Shown here: in pieces, positions 18,763-30,125 of the stretch
Layout of the letters: each line of letters starts with the position of its first letter
How positions within the stretch are numbered: position 1 is the stretch's first letter
Assembly: GCA_963850305.1 (NCBI GenBank)
Contig: CAWKKR010000011.1
Location: forward strand, 1 to 64,000
Length of the DNA stretch: 64,000 nucleotides
Direction of reading: 5' to 3'
Origin: an uncultured delta proteobacterium
GTDB lineage: Bacteria > Myxococcota_A > Polyangia > Polyangiales > Polyangiaceae
Position numbers and translations under genes: made by a program
Notes under the pieces: generated by a model
What the model saw: the letters and a program-made list of their open reading frames with translations, nothing else
Database searches by the model: none
What the model was told of the DNA's origin: nothing

Positions 18763-19932
18763 TCAGGTGCTGGTGGTGGCGACGGGGTTCTGGATCGGGC
18801 CGGACCGCGGCACCAGGGTCGGGCTCGCAGCGGAACCCTCGTAGCTGGTCTTGGTGTGCAGGTACGGCCCCACGTTGGACTTGGTGACGAAGGACAGGCC
18901 GGTGTCGGAGTCCGGCGGCCGCACCAGCCCGCCGGTCAGGTTGAACAGGTAGAGGTACAGGGCCGGCAGGAAGCCCTGCAGGTACGGCTCCTGGTCGATG
19001 GTGAAGTCCAGCGTGCCGGCCTGGATGGCACTCAGCGTGCCCGGCGTCAGGTCGAAACCACCCGCCGGGATCTTGCCGGTCAGGCCGGTGGCCGCCATTG
19101 CCTGGGGGAGCAGTTCCGTGGAGCCCGCGTCCACCGCGAACGCGCCCTTGAGCTTGGACTTGTTGCCGAGCAGGAAGGCCTTCTCCGCGGTCAGCTCGCC
19201 GGCCGTGGCCGCGCCGGTGGTGGAGGAGTGGACGGTGAAGCCCGCCGGGGTGAGCACCGCGGCGGCGCCGTCGAAGCGCGGCTGGATGTTGCCGGCGCCC
19301 GGCGTGGCGATGAAGATGACGACGTCCCCTGGCGTGGTGACCAGCGACTTGATCTTCTCACCAAGCTGCTGCCCGGACAGGTAGAGCGCCTGGCCGACGT
19401 AGCAAAGGCGGTTGGTCCCGATCTGCGGCGTGCCATTGCTGGTGTAGGCGCCGTCCGCGTTGTAGGTAATCACCGGGATGCCCGCGTTCATCGCGTTGGC
19501 CACCGGGGTGGTGAACGCGGTGGCGCTGATCACCGGTACGGCGATGCCGTTCGCCTTGCCCGCGATCGCGGTGTTCATGTAGCTGACCATCTGCGGGACG
19601 ACCGAGTTCTGCGAGCCGCCCCACTTCGGCTTCGGGAGGCCGAGCAGAGCAGCGGCGTCCGCCATACCGTTCTGGGTGGGCACGAAGAACAGGTTCGTGG
19701 TCACGTGGTTGTTGAACCAGAACTGCCACGCAGGCGTCTTCGGGAAGTTCCCGGCTGTTTCCTTGGCCGCGGTAGCCGTGCTGCTTGAAGAACTGCATGC
19801 AGCGAGCAGGGCCGACGCGGCAGCGGTCGCACTGATGAGCCCGGTTCCACTCAGCAGCTTGCGCCGAGACGGACCGTCCTTCATGTTCAGCGTCTCGACC
19901 GCTTCTTCGACCTTAGGGTCGACTTTTCTCAT
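18763..19932 (-). CDS. Sugar ABC transporter substrate-binding lipoprotein
   Basis: SRRKLL Tat-like signal, LLAAC lipobox, NHVTTNLFF, GGFDL, IDQEPYLQGF. Confidence 0.88.
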   Translation of the reverse strand: MRKVDPKVEEAVETLNMKDGPSRRKLLSGTGLISATAAASALLAACSSSSSTATAAKETAGNFPKTPAWQFWFNNHVTTNLFFVPTQNGMADAAALLGLPKPKWGGSQNSVVPQMVSYMNTAIAGKANGIAVPVISATAFTTPVANAMNAGIPVITYNADGAYTSNGTPQIGTNRLCYVGQALYLSGQQLGEKIKSLVTTPGDVVIFIATPGAGNIQPRFDGAAAVLTPAGFTVHSSTTGAATAGELTAEKAFLLGNKSKLKGAFAVDAGSTELLPQAMAATGLTGKIPAGGFDLTPGTLSAIQAGTLDFTIDQEPYLQGFLPALYLYLFNLTGGLVRPPDSDTGLSFVTKSNVGPYLHTKTSYEGSAASPTLVPRSGPIQNPVATTST

Positions 19933-20535
19933 CGCGATCCTCCAGAAGAGTTCCGTGAGGCAGGGCTCTGCCCCACGAGGTGCGTACGATCCGGGGCCGA
20001 TCTGGCGTGCTGCGCCAGCATCATCCCCTGGGGGCCGGCCCGGGAAACGGTGATCCCGCACCGTGCGGGCGCCACACTCGTCGCGGTGGGCACCAGATCA
20101 TGGCCCATGCAGCGAAATACCGGTCGTGGCACCGTCGTGCGCTGCCAGGCCGGCACCTGGTGCCGCTGACGCATCGCCCGTCCTCGTTTCAAGGCTGGCG
20201 GCCGCGGATTCCCCTCGTCGATGGCTTGGCCGCTCGCTGAACTGCTGAAAGCCAGACCATACGGTGCCCCCCCGCACCGCGGCCCGACGCTAAGGCCGCT
20301 CATGATCGCATGTCAAGACGACGCGCAGATCCCGTATCGAGCCGTGACCTGTGGCCACGGCAATGGCCCTGGCCGCCGGTCCGCGAGCGACCCCCTGCCG
20401 CCCGGCCGGGCCCGCGTTACACGCCCCCCGGAAGACCTGAGCACCGGGCGTGGACCGGTGCGAGCGCGCCCCCACGGAACGCGTCCGCCCGTCCACCATG
20501 ATCATGAATTCCCCTGGCCCATGCTAAGGTCAACC

Positions 20536-20604
20536 GAACACATCCAAACATGTTCACGCTAACAAGTCACCGATTGATAACAGATTGGGAACGCAATAGA
20601 AACA
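20536..20604. promoter_or_regulatory. AT-rich promoter segment with repeated AACA motifs upstream of the DeoR gene
   Basis: gaaca, aaaca, taaca, taaca and aaaca within 70 bp, including the palindrome AACATGTT. Confidence 0.45.
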
Positions 20605-20675
20605 CTGCCAGGGCATCACGGAGATGAGGGGTTGCACGGATGTGGCCGCCGTCCGACGCGGAGGAAGGCGCACGG

Positions 20676-21461
20676 ATGCTCGCCAGGCACCGGCAGTCGC
20701 TGATCCTTGAGGACATCCGGCGTACCGGCAGCGCCCGGGTGAGCGACCTCACCCAGCGGCTCGGGGTGTCAGACATGACCATCCGCCGTGACCTGGAGGT
20801 ACTCGCCCGCTCGGGGCTGGTCGAGAAGGTCCATGGCGGCGCGGTGCTGCCCGGGGCGCCGCGCAGCCACGAGCCCGGATTCGAGGCCAAGTCCAGCCTG
20901 GAGCAGCCCGCCAAGACGGCCATCGCCCACGCGGCGGCCAGCCTGGTCACACCGGGCAGCGCGATCGGGCTGTCCGCGGGCACGACCACCTTCGCCCTGG
21001 CCGAGCAACTGATCGGCATCCCTGGACTCACAGTCGTGACCAACTCGGTACGGGTGATGAGCTTGTTCACCGATGCGCCGGGCGCCGATCCGCGGGTGCG
21101 GGAACTGTCGGTCGTGCTGACCGGGGGCGCCAGGACACCCTCCGATGCACTGGTAGGGCCGGTGGCCGACCTCACGATTCGGTCGCTGCACCTGGACACG
21201 CTGTTCCTCGGCTGCCACGGGATCGACCCCTCGGCCGGGCTGACCACGCCCAATCTGGCCGAGGCGGAGACCAACCGCGCGTTCGTGAAGGCGGCCAGGA
21301 AGGTCACTGTGATCGCGGATCACACCAAATGGGGCATCGTGGGCCTGAGCTCGTTCGCGGACCTCGACGACGTGGACACGCTCATCACCGACAGCAGGCT
21401 CCCCGACGAGGCGCGGACCGCCCTCGCCGACCGGGTGGGGCAGCTCATCATCGCCAATTAG
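20676..21461 (+). CDS. DeoR/GlpR-family transcriptional regulator
   Basis: LGVSDMTIRRDL..L...GLVEKVHGGA, SAGTTT, VVTNS, ADHTKWG. Confidence 0.93.
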   Translation: MLARHRQSLILEDIRRTGSARVSDLTQRLGVSDMTIRRDLEVLARSGLVEKVHGGAVLPGAPRSHEPGFEAKSSLEQPAKTAIAHAAASLVTPGSAIGLSAGTTTFALAEQLIGIPGLTVVTNSVRVMSLFTDAPGADPRVRELSVVLTGGARTPSDALVGPVADLTIRSLHLDTLFLGCHGIDPSAGLTTPNLAEAETNRAFVKAARKVTVIADHTKWGIVGLSSFADLDDVDTLITDSRLPDEARTALADRVGQLIIAN

Positions 21462-21522
21462 CAGCTCACATCGCGAACTAACAGCTCACATCGCCAACTA
21501 GCGGCTGGTCATCGCCAACTGG
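21441..21522. repeat. Degenerate 20-21 bp tandem repeat x4 copying the DeoR gene 3' end
   Basis: cagctcatcatcgccaattag / cagctcacatcgcgaactaa / cagctcacatcgccaactag / cggctggtcatcgccaactgg. Confidence 0.8.
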
Positions 21523-21587
21523 CAGGCGGGGTGTGGAGCGGCCGGCCCAAGGGCGCCGCCCGCCGGGGCGCCGCCCCGCCGGGGCGC

Positions 21588-22748
21588 TCAGGCGACGGTG
21601 ACCGTGGGGGCGCCCGCGCTCGCGGATTCTGCCGCCTCGGCCAGTTTCATGGCCTCCTCGATCAGCGTCTCCACGATCTGGGATTCTGGCACGGTCTTGA
21701 TGACCTCGCCCTTGACGAAGATCTGGCCCTTGCCGTTGCCCGACGCGACGCCCAGGTCCGCTTCCCTGGCCTCGCCGGGGCCGTTCACCACGCAGCCCAT
21801 CACCGCGACCCGCAACGGCACTTCGAGCCCTTCCAGCCCGGCCGTCACCTGGTCCGCCAGCGTGTACACGTCCACCTGGGCACGCCCGCAGGAGGGGCAC
21901 GACACGATCTCCAGCCCCCGCTCGCGCAGGCCAAGCGACTCCAGGATGGCGATGCCGACCTTTACCTCTTCGACCGGCGGGGCCGAGAGCGACACCCTGA
22001 TCGTGTCCCCGATCCCCTCGGCGAGCAGTGCCCCGAACGCGACCGCCGACTTGACCGTGCCCTGGAAGGTTGGCCCGGCCTCGGTCACGCCCAGGTGCAG
22101 CGGGTAGTCGCACGCCTGCGCGAGCTGGCGGTACGCATTGATCATGACGACCGGGTCGTGATGCTTGACCGAGATCTTGATGTCGGTGAAGCCGTGCTCC
22201 TCGAACAGCGAGCATTCCCACAGCGCGGACTCCACCAGCGCCTCGGCGGTGGCCCGGCCGTACTTGGCCAGCAGGCGCTTGTCCAGCGAGCCGGCGTTGA
22301 CCCCGATCCGGATCGGCACGCCCGACGCGGACGCGGCGCGGGCGATCTCTGCGACCTTGTCGTCGAACGCCTTGATGTTCCCGGGGTTCACCCGGACCGC
22401 GGCGCAGCCGGCATCGATCGCCGCGAAAACGTACTTGGGCTGGAAGTGGATGTCGGCGATGACCGGGATCTGCGACTTTCGCGCGATGTCGGGCAGGGCA
22501 TCCGCGTCGTCCTGCGACGGCACGGCCACCCGGACGATCTGGCAGCCGGTCGCGGTGAGCTCGGCAATCTGCTGCAGCGTCGCGTTCACATCGGCGGTCA
22601 GCGTCGTGGTCATGGACTGGACCGATACTGGTGCGCCACCGCCCACCGGCACCGCGTGCTTGCCCTTGCCCACCACGATCTGGCGGGACTTGCGGCGTTC
22701 GGCCACCGGCTGCGCGGGGAGTCCGGGCATGCCAAGCTCTGTCGTCAT
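21588..22748 (-). CDS. ispG: 4-hydroxy-3-methylbut-2-en-1-yl diphosphate synthase
   Basis: [59 protein letters not shown]. Confidence 0.98.
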   Translation of the reverse strand: MTTELGMPGLPAQPVAERRKSRQIVVGKGKHAVPVGGGAPVSVQSMTTTLTADVNATLQQIAELTATGCQIVRVAVPSQDDADALPDIARKSQIPVIADIHFQPKYVFAAIDAGCAAVRVNPGNIKAFDDKVAEIARAASASGVPIRIGVNAGSLDKRLLAKYGRATAEALVESALWECSLFEEHGFTDIKISVKHHDPVVMINAYRQLAQACDYPLHLGVTEAGPTFQGTVKSAVAFGALLAEGIGDTIRVSLSAPPVEEVKVGIAILESLGLRERGLEIVSCPSCGRAQVDVYTLADQVTAGLEGLEVPLRVAVMGCVVNGPGEAREADLGVASGNGKGQIFVKGEVIKTVPESQIVETLIEEAMKLAEAAESASAGAPTVTVA

Positions 22749-22760
22749 CTGCTCAATGCC

Positions 22761-23942
22761 TCACTGGAGGTGAACCGGGTTGACGAGATCAGCCATGATC
22801 AAAAGCAAACCTACACCGACCAAGAGCGCGAACACCCCGACGCTCAGCGGGACCAGGCGGCGGTAGTCGACCGGGCCGGGATCAGGCCGGTGGAACAGCC
22901 TGGCGAGCCAGTACCGGATCCGTTCGTAGATCACCACCGCGAGGTGGCCGCCGTCCAGGGGCAGCAGCGGGAGCAGGTTGAAGGCCCCTACGAAGATGTT
23001 CAGCGAGGCAATGATGAGCAGCACCAGGCCGACCTTGGGCTGCCAGCCGATCCGGGCCGCAAGCACCTGGCCCGTCACGTCACCCGCGCCGACCACACTG
23101 GTGACCTGGCCGCCGGGGGTGTCGGCGCGATTCTTCGCGAACAGATCGGGGATGGCCCTGGGCAGGCTGGCGACCACGCTCGCGGACCCGGAGAGCATCG
23201 TCCAGAACTCGTGGCCCGCATAGGAGGCAGAGGCGACCGGGCCTACCCGCTGGAACACCGCCGTCGGCGAGACTCCCAGATAGGAGCCGTGGCCGGTGAG
23301 GCTGGCCAGCGTTGCGTGCAGGGTGACGAGCCGGCCGTGCCGGTCCACCACGACCACGACCTCGTGGCCGACCTGCTGGCTGCGGATGGCCGTGCCCATC
23401 TGCGACCAGGAGTTCACCCTGATGCCGGCGATGCTGACGATCCGGTCGCCGACCTTGACGCCTGCCTGGCTGGCCGGCGATGCCGGGTCACCCTTGACGC
23501 AGCCCGAGTTCATGTTGGCCGGGACGCAGGACTCGACGGTGCCGACCGTGGTCCCGGCGCTGGCGGTCTCCAGGCCGATGCCCGCGGCGACGATGAACAG
23601 CAGCACCAGGGCCAGCATGAAGTGCATGAACGAGCCGGCCGCCAAGACGATGATCCGCTGCCAGCCCGGCTGGTTGCGGAACGACCTCGGCTCGTCGGCC
23701 GCCTCCACGTCCTCCAGCTCGGTCATTCCGACGATCTTGACGAAGCCACCGGCCGGGATCGCCTTGACGCCGTACTCGGTCTCGCCCTTCTGGCGCGACC
23801 AGATGGTCCGCCCGAACCCGACGAAGAACTGAGTGGCCTTCATGCCGAACAACTTGGCCGTCGCGAAGTGGCCCGCCTCATGCAGCATGATCGACGCGAG
23901 CAGGGCAAAGACGAAGATGGCAACGCCGAGCAGGAAGCTCAT
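22761..23942 (-). CDS. rseP: M50 site-2 intramembrane metalloprotease with PDZ domain (RseP/Rip1)
   Basis: [25 protein letters not shown], between dxr and ispG. Confidence 0.92.
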   Translation of the reverse strand: MSFLLGVAIFVFALLASIMLHEAGHFATAKLFGMKATQFFVGFGRTIWSRQKGETEYGVKAIPAGGFVKIVGMTELEDVEAADEPRSFRNQPGWQRIIVLAAGSFMHFMLALVLLFIVAAGIGLETASAGTTVGTVESCVPANMNSGCVKGDPASPASQAGVKVGDRIVSIAGIRVNSWSQMGTAIRSQQVGHEVVVVVDRHGRLVTLHATLASLTGHGSYLGVSPTAVFQRVGPVASASYAGHEFWTMLSGSASVVASLPRAIPDLFAKNRADTPGGQVTSVVGAGDVTGQVLAARIGWQPKVGLVLLIIASLNIFVGAFNLLPLLPLDGGHLAVVIYERIRYWLARLFHRPDPGPVDYRRLVPLSVGVFALLVGVGLLLIMADLVNPVHLQ

Positions 23943-25330
23943 CCGGCGGTCTCTCCCCTCTTCAGTGCCGTGCCCACGGCGTGATGCGTGCGTTGCCCCC
24001 AGGCAGCGGCCAGTTCCGCCGCCCTGGCGCGCGCCCAGCGGTCAGCCGCCCGCACATCCGCGAGGCTCACCGCATCTTTCGCGCGGCCGTCATGTTCCGA
24101 GACTACCTGCGCCACGGTGTCCACGATCGCGGCGAACGGGAGCCTGCCCGCCATGAATGCGTCCACACAGACCTCGTTGGCGGCGTTGTAGGCGGCCGGC
24201 GCGGTCCCGCCTGCCTGCCCGGCCCGGCGGGCGATGGCCACCGCGGGGAAGGCGCTCTCGTCCAGCGGCTCGAAGGTCCACGTGTGCGCCGCGGACCAGT
24301 CGATGGCCGGGGCGGCGCCGGGCACCCGGTCCGGCCAGCCCAGCGCCAGCGCGATCGGGATGCGCATGTCCGGCGGGCTGGCCTGGGCGATCGTGGATCC
24401 GTCGGTGAACTCGACCATCGAGTGGATGACCGACTGTGGGTGCACGACCACCTTGATCTTGTCGAACCCGAGCCGGAAAAGCAGGTGGGCCTCGATCACC
24501 TCGAGCCCCTTGTTCACCAGCGTGGCTGAGTTGATGGTGATCACCGGACCCATGTTCCAGGTGGGGTGCGCGAGCGCCTGCTCCGGCGTGATGCCGTCCA
24601 GTTCCGCCCGGCTGCGGCCACGGAACGGCCCGCCGCTCGCGGTCAGCACCAGCCGCGCGACCTCTGACTCGCTCCCGGAGCGCAGGCACTGGGCGATCGC
24701 GGAGTGCTCGGAGTCCACCGGCACGATCTGGCCGGGGGCAGCCAGTCCCGCGACCAGCGGCCCGCCGACGATCAGGGATTCCTTGTTCGCCAGCGCGAGC
24801 ACCCGGCCCGCGCGGAGTGCGGCCAGCGTGGCGGCGAGGCCGCTGAACCCGGTCACCGCGTTCAGCACCACATCGGCCGGCCAGGCCGCGACCTCGGCCA
24901 CGGCGTCCGGGCCTGCCAAGACGGTGGGCAACGGCATCCGCTCGTCGGCGCCTGGCCGCATCTGGGGGGCGCCAGGCCCGTGCGGCATCCCGGCGACGGC
25001 GGGTCCGTGTGGCGCGGGCGGCGCCAGCCGCTGCCCGGTGAGCGCCCCCGGCACCTGGCCGGTCCTGGCCCCCCGGCCTGACCGGGCCGCGTGCGCCTTG
25101 AGGGCGTCCCGCACCTCGGCGGCTGCCGACTCCCGTTCCACGGCGACCACGGCCGCCCCGAACTCGATGGCCTGCGCCGCAAGCAGGCCGGGGTTGCCTC
25201 CCCCGGCCGCCAGCCCGGTGACACGGAACCGGCCCGGGTTCCGCCGGATCACATCGGCCGCCTGGGTTCCTACCGAGCCGGTCGAGCCGAGCAGCACTAC
25301 GTCCCGTGGCCGTGAGCGCGAGGATTCCAC
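23939..25330 (-). CDS. dxr: 1-deoxy-D-xylulose-5-phosphate reductoisomerase
   Basis: [51 protein letters not shown]. Start uncertain. Confidence 0.96.
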   Translation of the reverse strand: MESSRSRPRDVVLLGSTGSVGTQAADVIRRNPGRFRVTGLAAGGGNPGLLAAQAIEFGAAVVAVERESAAAEVRDALKAHAARSGRGARTGQVPGALTGQRLAPPAPHGPAVAGMPHGPGAPQMRPGADERMPLPTVLAGPDAVAEVAAWPADVVLNAVTGFSGLAATLAALRAGRVLALANKESLIVGGPLVAGLAAPGQIVPVDSEHSAIAQCLRSGSESEVARLVLTASGGPFRGRSRAELDGITPEQALAHPTWNMGPVITINSATLVNKGLEVIEAHLLFRLGFDKIKVVVHPQSVIHSMVEFTDGSTIAQASPPDMRIPIALALGWPDRVPGAAPAIDWSAAHTWTFEPLDESAFPAVAIARRAGQAGGTAPAAYNAANEVCVDAFMAGRLPFAAIVDTVAQVVSEHDGRAKDAVSLADVRAADRWARARAAELAAAWGQRTHHAVGTALKRGETAG

Positions 25331-25433
25331 CTCGTCATTCTGCCTGATCCACGCCCACATGCTCCGCAGCCACCAGAGCCGCAGGCCAGCCCGGCCTGCG
25401 AGGCCGATTTCCGGTCGGGCCCTCCGGGACCGG

Positions 25434-26720
25434 CTAACCGGCGACCGGCGCGGGCGCGCTCTCCCAGTCGGGGCGCAGCGGCATGTGGGACTTGCCGTCG
25501 GCCTCCAGCCGGACACCGAGAATCTGGTGCAGTTCCACCACGTTGCGGTCGAATCCGAGCCGGGAGCCCGCCATGTACAGCCGCCACACCCTGGCCGTGC
25601 CCTGGCCGACCTCGGCGACCGCCTCGTCCCAGTGCGCATCCAGGTTCGCGCACCAGGCTGTCAGTGTCCGCGCGTAGTGCTCGCGCAGGTTCTCCTCATG
25701 CCTGATCTCGAACCCCGCGCCGTTCATCATCGACACCAGGTGGCCCGGACCCTCCAGTTCCCCGTCGGGGAACACGTACCGGTTGATGAAGCTCCCGGGC
25801 CGCGGGGGCTGGGAGTTGTCCGGCCGGGTGATGCAGTGGTTGAGCAGCCTGCCACCCGGCTTGAGCTTGCCGAACAGGAACGAGAAGTAGGCCGGGAGCT
25901 GGGCCTTGCCGATGTGCTCGGTCAGGCCGATCGAGCTGACCGCGTCGAACTCGGTCTCGGGCACGTCCCGGTAGTCCAGGTGGCGCACCTCCGCGAGGCC
26001 GGACAGCCCCTCGCGGATGATGGCCTGCTGCGCCCACGCCGCCTGCTGCGCCGACAGGGTGACCCCGAGCGCCTTGACCCCGTGCTCGCGCGCGGCGTGC
26101 CGGACCATCCCGCCCCAGCCGCAGCCGACGTCCAGCAGCCGCATCCCGGGCTGGAGCGCCAGCTTCCTGGCCACCAGTTCGTGCTTGTAGGCCTGCGCCT
26201 GCTCCAGGGACGCGTCCTCGTCCGGGTAACAGGCGCAGGTGTAGGCCATCGACGGCCCCAGCACCCACTCGTAGAACGTGTTGGACACGTCGTAGTGATG
26301 GGCGATGGCCGAGGCGTCCCTGCCCTTGGAATGCCGCTGCCCGCCCACCCAGCGGCGGCGCACCCGCACCTCCTGGGGCGGCGGTGGCACCCGCGGGTAG
26401 AGCAGCTTCGCCCCGCCGAGTTCGCCGAGGAGGCGGAGCCGTTCGGCCGGGCTCGCGCTCGCCTGCTGGATCTGGGACATCCGGGCGAGCGCCGTGTACA
26501 TGTCGCCGTCCAGGTCCAGATGGCCGGAGACATAGGCGCGTGCCAGGCCGAGCGAGCCCGGCGCCTGGGCGATGTAGGACAGTGCGACCGGGGAACGGAC
26601 CGTGATCCGCACTGGTGCACCCGTGACCCCCGCCGCGCTTCCGTCGTAGGCATGGAATTCCACCGGGGCATCGGGGCCCGCGATCCGCTCGAACACGTTG
26701 GCCAGCGCCATGACCGTCAT
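25434..26720 (-). CDS. Cfa-family fatty-acyl phospholipid methyltransferase (probable TmsB/BfaB)
   Basis: [52 protein letters not shown]. Confidence 0.9.
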   Translation of the reverse strand: MTVMALANVFERIAGPDAPVEFHAYDGSAAGVTGAPVRITVRSPVALSYIAQAPGSLGLARAYVSGHLDLDGDMYTALARMSQIQQASASPAERLRLLGELGGAKLLYPRVPPPPQEVRVRRRWVGGQRHSKGRDASAIAHHYDVSNTFYEWVLGPSMAYTCACYPDEDASLEQAQAYKHELVARKLALQPGMRLLDVGCGWGGMVRHAAREHGVKALGVTLSAQQAAWAQQAIIREGLSGLAEVRHLDYRDVPETEFDAVSSIGLTEHIGKAQLPAYFSFLFGKLKPGGRLLNHCITRPDNSQPPRPGSFINRYVFPDGELEGPGHLVSMMNGAGFEIRHEENLREHYARTLTAWCANLDAHWDEAVAEVGQGTARVWRLYMAGSRLGFDRNVVELHQILGVRLEADGKSHMPLRPDWESAPAPVAG

Positions 26721-26746
26721 CCCTTCACTACCTGCCGCGCGCCTGG

Positions 26747-28243
26747 TCAGCTTCCGCGCACGCATTTCTCGTACAGCCCGGACAGCCTGCCGCCTCCGTC
26801 ATAGGCGCTCTTGAGCCGGGCATAGGCGGGCCCGTTGTAGGTGGCCCAGAAATCATCCTCGGAATAGAACGACGTCGAATACAGCCCCTTGGAACCACCC
26901 AGGGCGGTCACCTCGGCCTCGACCAGGCGGTTGTGGTAGCCGTCGGGCCGGCCGGAGGGCAGCGGCACCGTCCCCCAGAAGCCGAAGTTCACATAGACCT
27001 CGCCCGGCCGCAGCGGGTAAAGCGGCCAGGAGGTGCCGCTGCGCAGCCGCAGCGGGCACAGCCATACCGGGCTCATGCCCACGTCGGCCGCGAAGAAGCG
27101 GAGGAACTCGGCCCCGCGTTCCACGGGAATCTCCACGTCCTGGATCACCGCCTCGCGGGGCGGCCGCCCGCGGTTGGCGTCGAGCGTGTCGGACAGGCGG
27201 TGGCGGCGGTCGAAGGCGACCAGCGACCGGTAGACATCGGACCGCCGGTACCGGCGCGGCCACAGCTTGCGGACCACCGGCTGCTGCACACCGAACGGGC
27301 GCGAACACCAGAACCAGTCGGTGTCCCAGCGCCACAGGTAGTCGCGGATGGTGAGGAAGTCCTCGCGCGGCCCGCGCACCGACCGGTAGTAGATCTGCTG
27401 GCCGGTGTAGTCGCTGCGCCAGGGGGCCACGTCGCTGTAGGCGCCCACGGTCAGGTAGATCTCATCCAGGCCGAACGCGGTGCCGTCCACGAAATCGGCG
27501 CGGTGCCCATGCAGGCTCCCCTCCGCGGCGATCTGCGCGATCGCTTCCATGCACTCCTGCGGGCTGGTGCAGCGGAAGTGGCGCAGGTGGACGAAGGGCG
27601 CCACCGGCTCAAGCTCGATGGTGAGCGACAGGGCGTAGCCGAGCGTTCCGTAGGAATTCGGGAAGCCACGGAACAGGTCCGCATGCTCACCGTCGGCGGT
27701 AGCCGTCACCACCCTGCCGTCCCCGGTGAGGATCTCCATGGCGGTGACCGACTCGTGCGGCAGGCCGTTGCGCAACGAAGTCGACTCAATGCCGAGACCG
27801 GTGACCGCGCCGCCGAGCGTGATCGTCTTCAGTTGCGGCACCACCAGCGGCATCAGCCCGTGGCGCAAGGTGGCGTCCGCGAGATCCTCGTAGGTGGTCA
27901 TGCCACCCACCACGGCGGCCCGGGCGGCCGGGTCCACGTGCAGCACGCTGGTGAATGCGGACGCGTCCAGCCCGGCCGAGATGCCTGGTGCGCTGGCCCC
28001 GCGGCGGCCTCCGGCCCGGGGCACCGGTTCGCGGAACCTGAACAGGTTCGAGGTGTGCTTGGCCAGCCGGACCGGCGCTCCGGCAGGCAGGGCGGCGTAG
28101 GACTCACAGAAGGCGGCGACCGCGGCGCGGTGCTCCGCGGCCACCACGGGGGGCAGTTGCACCTGCGGCGCCGTCGCGCCCGGCGCCGCCGCGCCCGGCG
28201 CCGCCGCCTCGGGATGGCCGCCATCCACTGTGGCGTCCGTCAC
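26747..28243 (-). CDS. FAD-binding oxidoreductase (probable TmsA/BfaA)
   Basis: LAKHTSNLFR, VVPQLKTITLGGAVTGLGIES, FPNSYGTLGY, DYLWRWDTDWFWCS, directly upstream of the cfa-like gene. Confidence 0.88.
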   Translation of the reverse strand: MTDATVDGGHPEAAAPGAAAPGATAPQVQLPPVVAAEHRAAVAAFCESYAALPAGAPVRLAKHTSNLFRFREPVPRAGGRRGASAPGISAGLDASAFTSVLHVDPAARAAVVGGMTTYEDLADATLRHGLMPLVVPQLKTITLGGAVTGLGIESTSLRNGLPHESVTAMEILTGDGRVVTATADGEHADLFRGFPNSYGTLGYALSLTIELEPVAPFVHLRHFRCTSPQECMEAIAQIAAEGSLHGHRADFVDGTAFGLDEIYLTVGAYSDVAPWRSDYTGQQIYYRSVRGPREDFLTIRDYLWRWDTDWFWCSRPFGVQQPVVRKLWPRRYRRSDVYRSLVAFDRRHRLSDTLDANRGRPPREAVIQDVEIPVERGAEFLRFFAADVGMSPVWLCPLRLRSGTSWPLYPLRPGEVYVNFGFWGTVPLPSGRPDGYHNRLVEAEVTALGGSKGLYSTSFYSEDDFWATYNGPAYARLKSAYDGGGRLSGLYEKCVRGS

Positions 28244-28369
28244 TGACCCACCCCTTCCTCCTGTCACAAGCTCGGCCCTGCATTGAGGATGACTGCGCTG
28301 GCCCGGGGCGGCAAGTCTGGTTACCCGGGCGAAAGGCGGACCGAGTCTACCCTCAGGTAACTTTCGTAC

Positions 28370-29989
28370 TCAGCGTCCCTTCCCGCGCGAACCACCCCGG
28401 CGTGACCGGGGCCGCCCGGGCTTGCGCGAAGGGGACGACTGCGCGTAGCTCTCCGCCACCTCCTCCGGGGTCATCGGCAGGCGTGCCTGCGAGGGCGGCA
28501 CTCCCGCCGTGAGGATGTCCCGTAACAGCAGTGCCATGGAGTAGCCCGGGTCGGCGGTGAGAGCCCGGTCGAGGGCGATGTTCGCGAGCGTCCCGTCACC
28601 GGCCTGCCAAGCGGTGAAGGCGAGCAGGGAGGCCGGCGCGGGCAGCCACGGGCCATCGGTCCGGCGCACGATGTCCGCCCACAGCGACAGGTGTGCCTGG
28701 CGGTGCTCGGGGACCATCCTCGCCCAGGCGTCATCGCGGACGGCGAGGTGGACCAGGCTGACCGCCAGCCAGGCGATCCTGTCCTCGTCGGTGATCCTGC
28801 CCCCGTCGCGGTACACCCGGATCGCCTCCCGCACCGCCCCGCGGCCTTGGCTGACCACGAGCCGAAGGGGGTTGCCTGGCCCGTTACGGCGCGCGCGGTC
28901 CATCAGGGCCTGCGCCCGCGCGCAGGCCCGCTCGATGGCCTCGTCCATGGCGCGGGCTGCCGCGCCGGCCGACGGGGCCAGGGTGGCGGCGACTGCGTCG
29001 CGGTCCGGGTAGGCGGCCAGCCCCGCGACGGTCATGGCGGCGGCCACCGGGTGGGACCGGTAGTCGAAGGCCGTGCCTTCCGCCGGGCAGCATGCCGCGT
29101 TGGCGCAGAGGTAGGACCAGTACCGGCCGTCCTCGACCCGGAGCAGCTCACGCAACTGCAAGCGCCGCTCGCTGACCGCCGCGGCGAACGCGTCCGCCAC
29201 CGGGGTGACGAGCCGCCCGGGACCGTAACCGATGCCGATCACCGTGCTGGCCCCGCGCTGGGCGAGCACGGCCACCGCGTGGCTGGCGATCTCGGCCGCT
29301 GCCGCGGCACCCGGCGGGTCAGGCAGGTCGTAGCGGAATCCGAGGTCCACCCGGCGCCGCGGGCCCGCGGCGCCGATCACCACGAAGCTCAGCCCAGGGT
29401 GGAAGCCGATCAGGTGCGGCACCACCGCCAGGATGTCGGCCGGGCCGCTGACCCGGACCGTGGGCTGCGCCGTGGCCGAAGACGGCTGCCGCGGCCCAGA
29501 TCCTCCCGGTGACGGGCTCAGGTCCGCGGCGGCCGGTGCGGGGGCGTCCGTCGCTGGTGGGGGCAGCGGTCCGCGTGGCGTGCTGCGGCCGGGTAATGGA
29601 CGCTGGCCCGGGGATGCCGGCCGTGACGGTGGGGCAGGCGGGCGGGCCGGGCCGGCCGCACCGGGGCTGGGCTCGTCACGGCCAGGCTCACCGCGACCCG
29701 GCTCTCGGCCGCGCTCTTGGCTGCTGGGGCCGCCGGGACCCGGCCCTGGGTCGCCCGGCTCACCGCGGCCCGGCTCTTGGTCGCCCGGCGCTCGGTCGCC
29801 CGGCTCACCGCGGCCCGGAGCTCGGTCGCCCGGCCCTGGGTCGCCCGGCTCACCGCGGCCCGGAGCTCGGTCGCCCGGCCCCGGGTCGCCCGGCTCGCCG
29901 CGGCCCGGCTCTTGGTGGCCGCGGTCGGCGCGACCACGTTGATGGCGGGCAGGGGGTACGGGACTGCGTGACGGCTGCTCGGTTTCCAT
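28370..29989 (-). CDS. DUF4192 domain protein with a long repetitive N-terminal extension
   Basis: [24 protein letters not shown]....[41 protein letters not shown]. Confidence 0.85.
   Translation of the reverse strand: METEQPSRSPVPPARHQRGRADRGHQEPGRGEPGDPGPGDRAPGRGEPGDPGPGDRAPGRGEPGDRAPGDQEPGRGEPGDPGPGPGGPSSQERGREPGRGEPGRDEPSPGAAGPARPPAPPSRPASPGQRPLPGRSTPRGPLPPPATDAPAPAAADLSPSPGGSGPRQPSSATAQPTVRVSGPADILAVVPHLIGFHPGLSFVVIGAAGPRRRVDLGFRYDLPDPPGAAAAAEIASHAVAVLAQRGASTVIGIGYGPGRLVTPVADAFAAAVSERRLQLRELLRVEDGRYWSYLCANAACCPAEGTAFDYRSHPVAAAMTVAGLAAYPDRDAVAATLAPSAGAAARAMDEAIERACARAQALMDRARRNGPGNPLRLVVSQGRGAVREAIRVYRDGGRITDEDRIAWLAVSLVHLAVRDDAWARMVPEHRQAHLSLWADIVRRTDGPWLPAPASLLAFTAWQAGDGTLANIALDRALTADPGYSMALLLRDILTAGVPPSQARLPMTPEEVAESYAQSSPSRKPGRPRSRRGGSRGKGR
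29683..29912. repeat. 15-bp-unit coding tandem repeats ([15 protein letters not shown])
   Basis: Recurrent gcccggctcaccgcg / gcccggccctgggtc units in the DUF4192 N-terminus. Confidence 0.75.
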
Positions 29990-30125
29990 GCACCCAGGCT
30001 GTGCAGGCCAGGTGCGGGAAGCGAGGGCCGCCGACCCGTTGTGCACAACCCTCGGATCACTTGCGCAGCCTGTCCACAGCGGCGCCCGCCGCATTTGACA
30101 GGACGCGCACAGGCAGGCGGCGAGC

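Noticed and set aside
19933..20535. Small ORFs or a riboswitch in the SBP-DeoR gap
   Set aside because: No recognisable protein motif or RNA family consensus by eye. A covariance-model search would be needed.
21441..21522. Mini-CRISPR or iteron array
   Set aside because: No spacers, the first unit is the DeoR coding end, and no rep or cas gene is nearby
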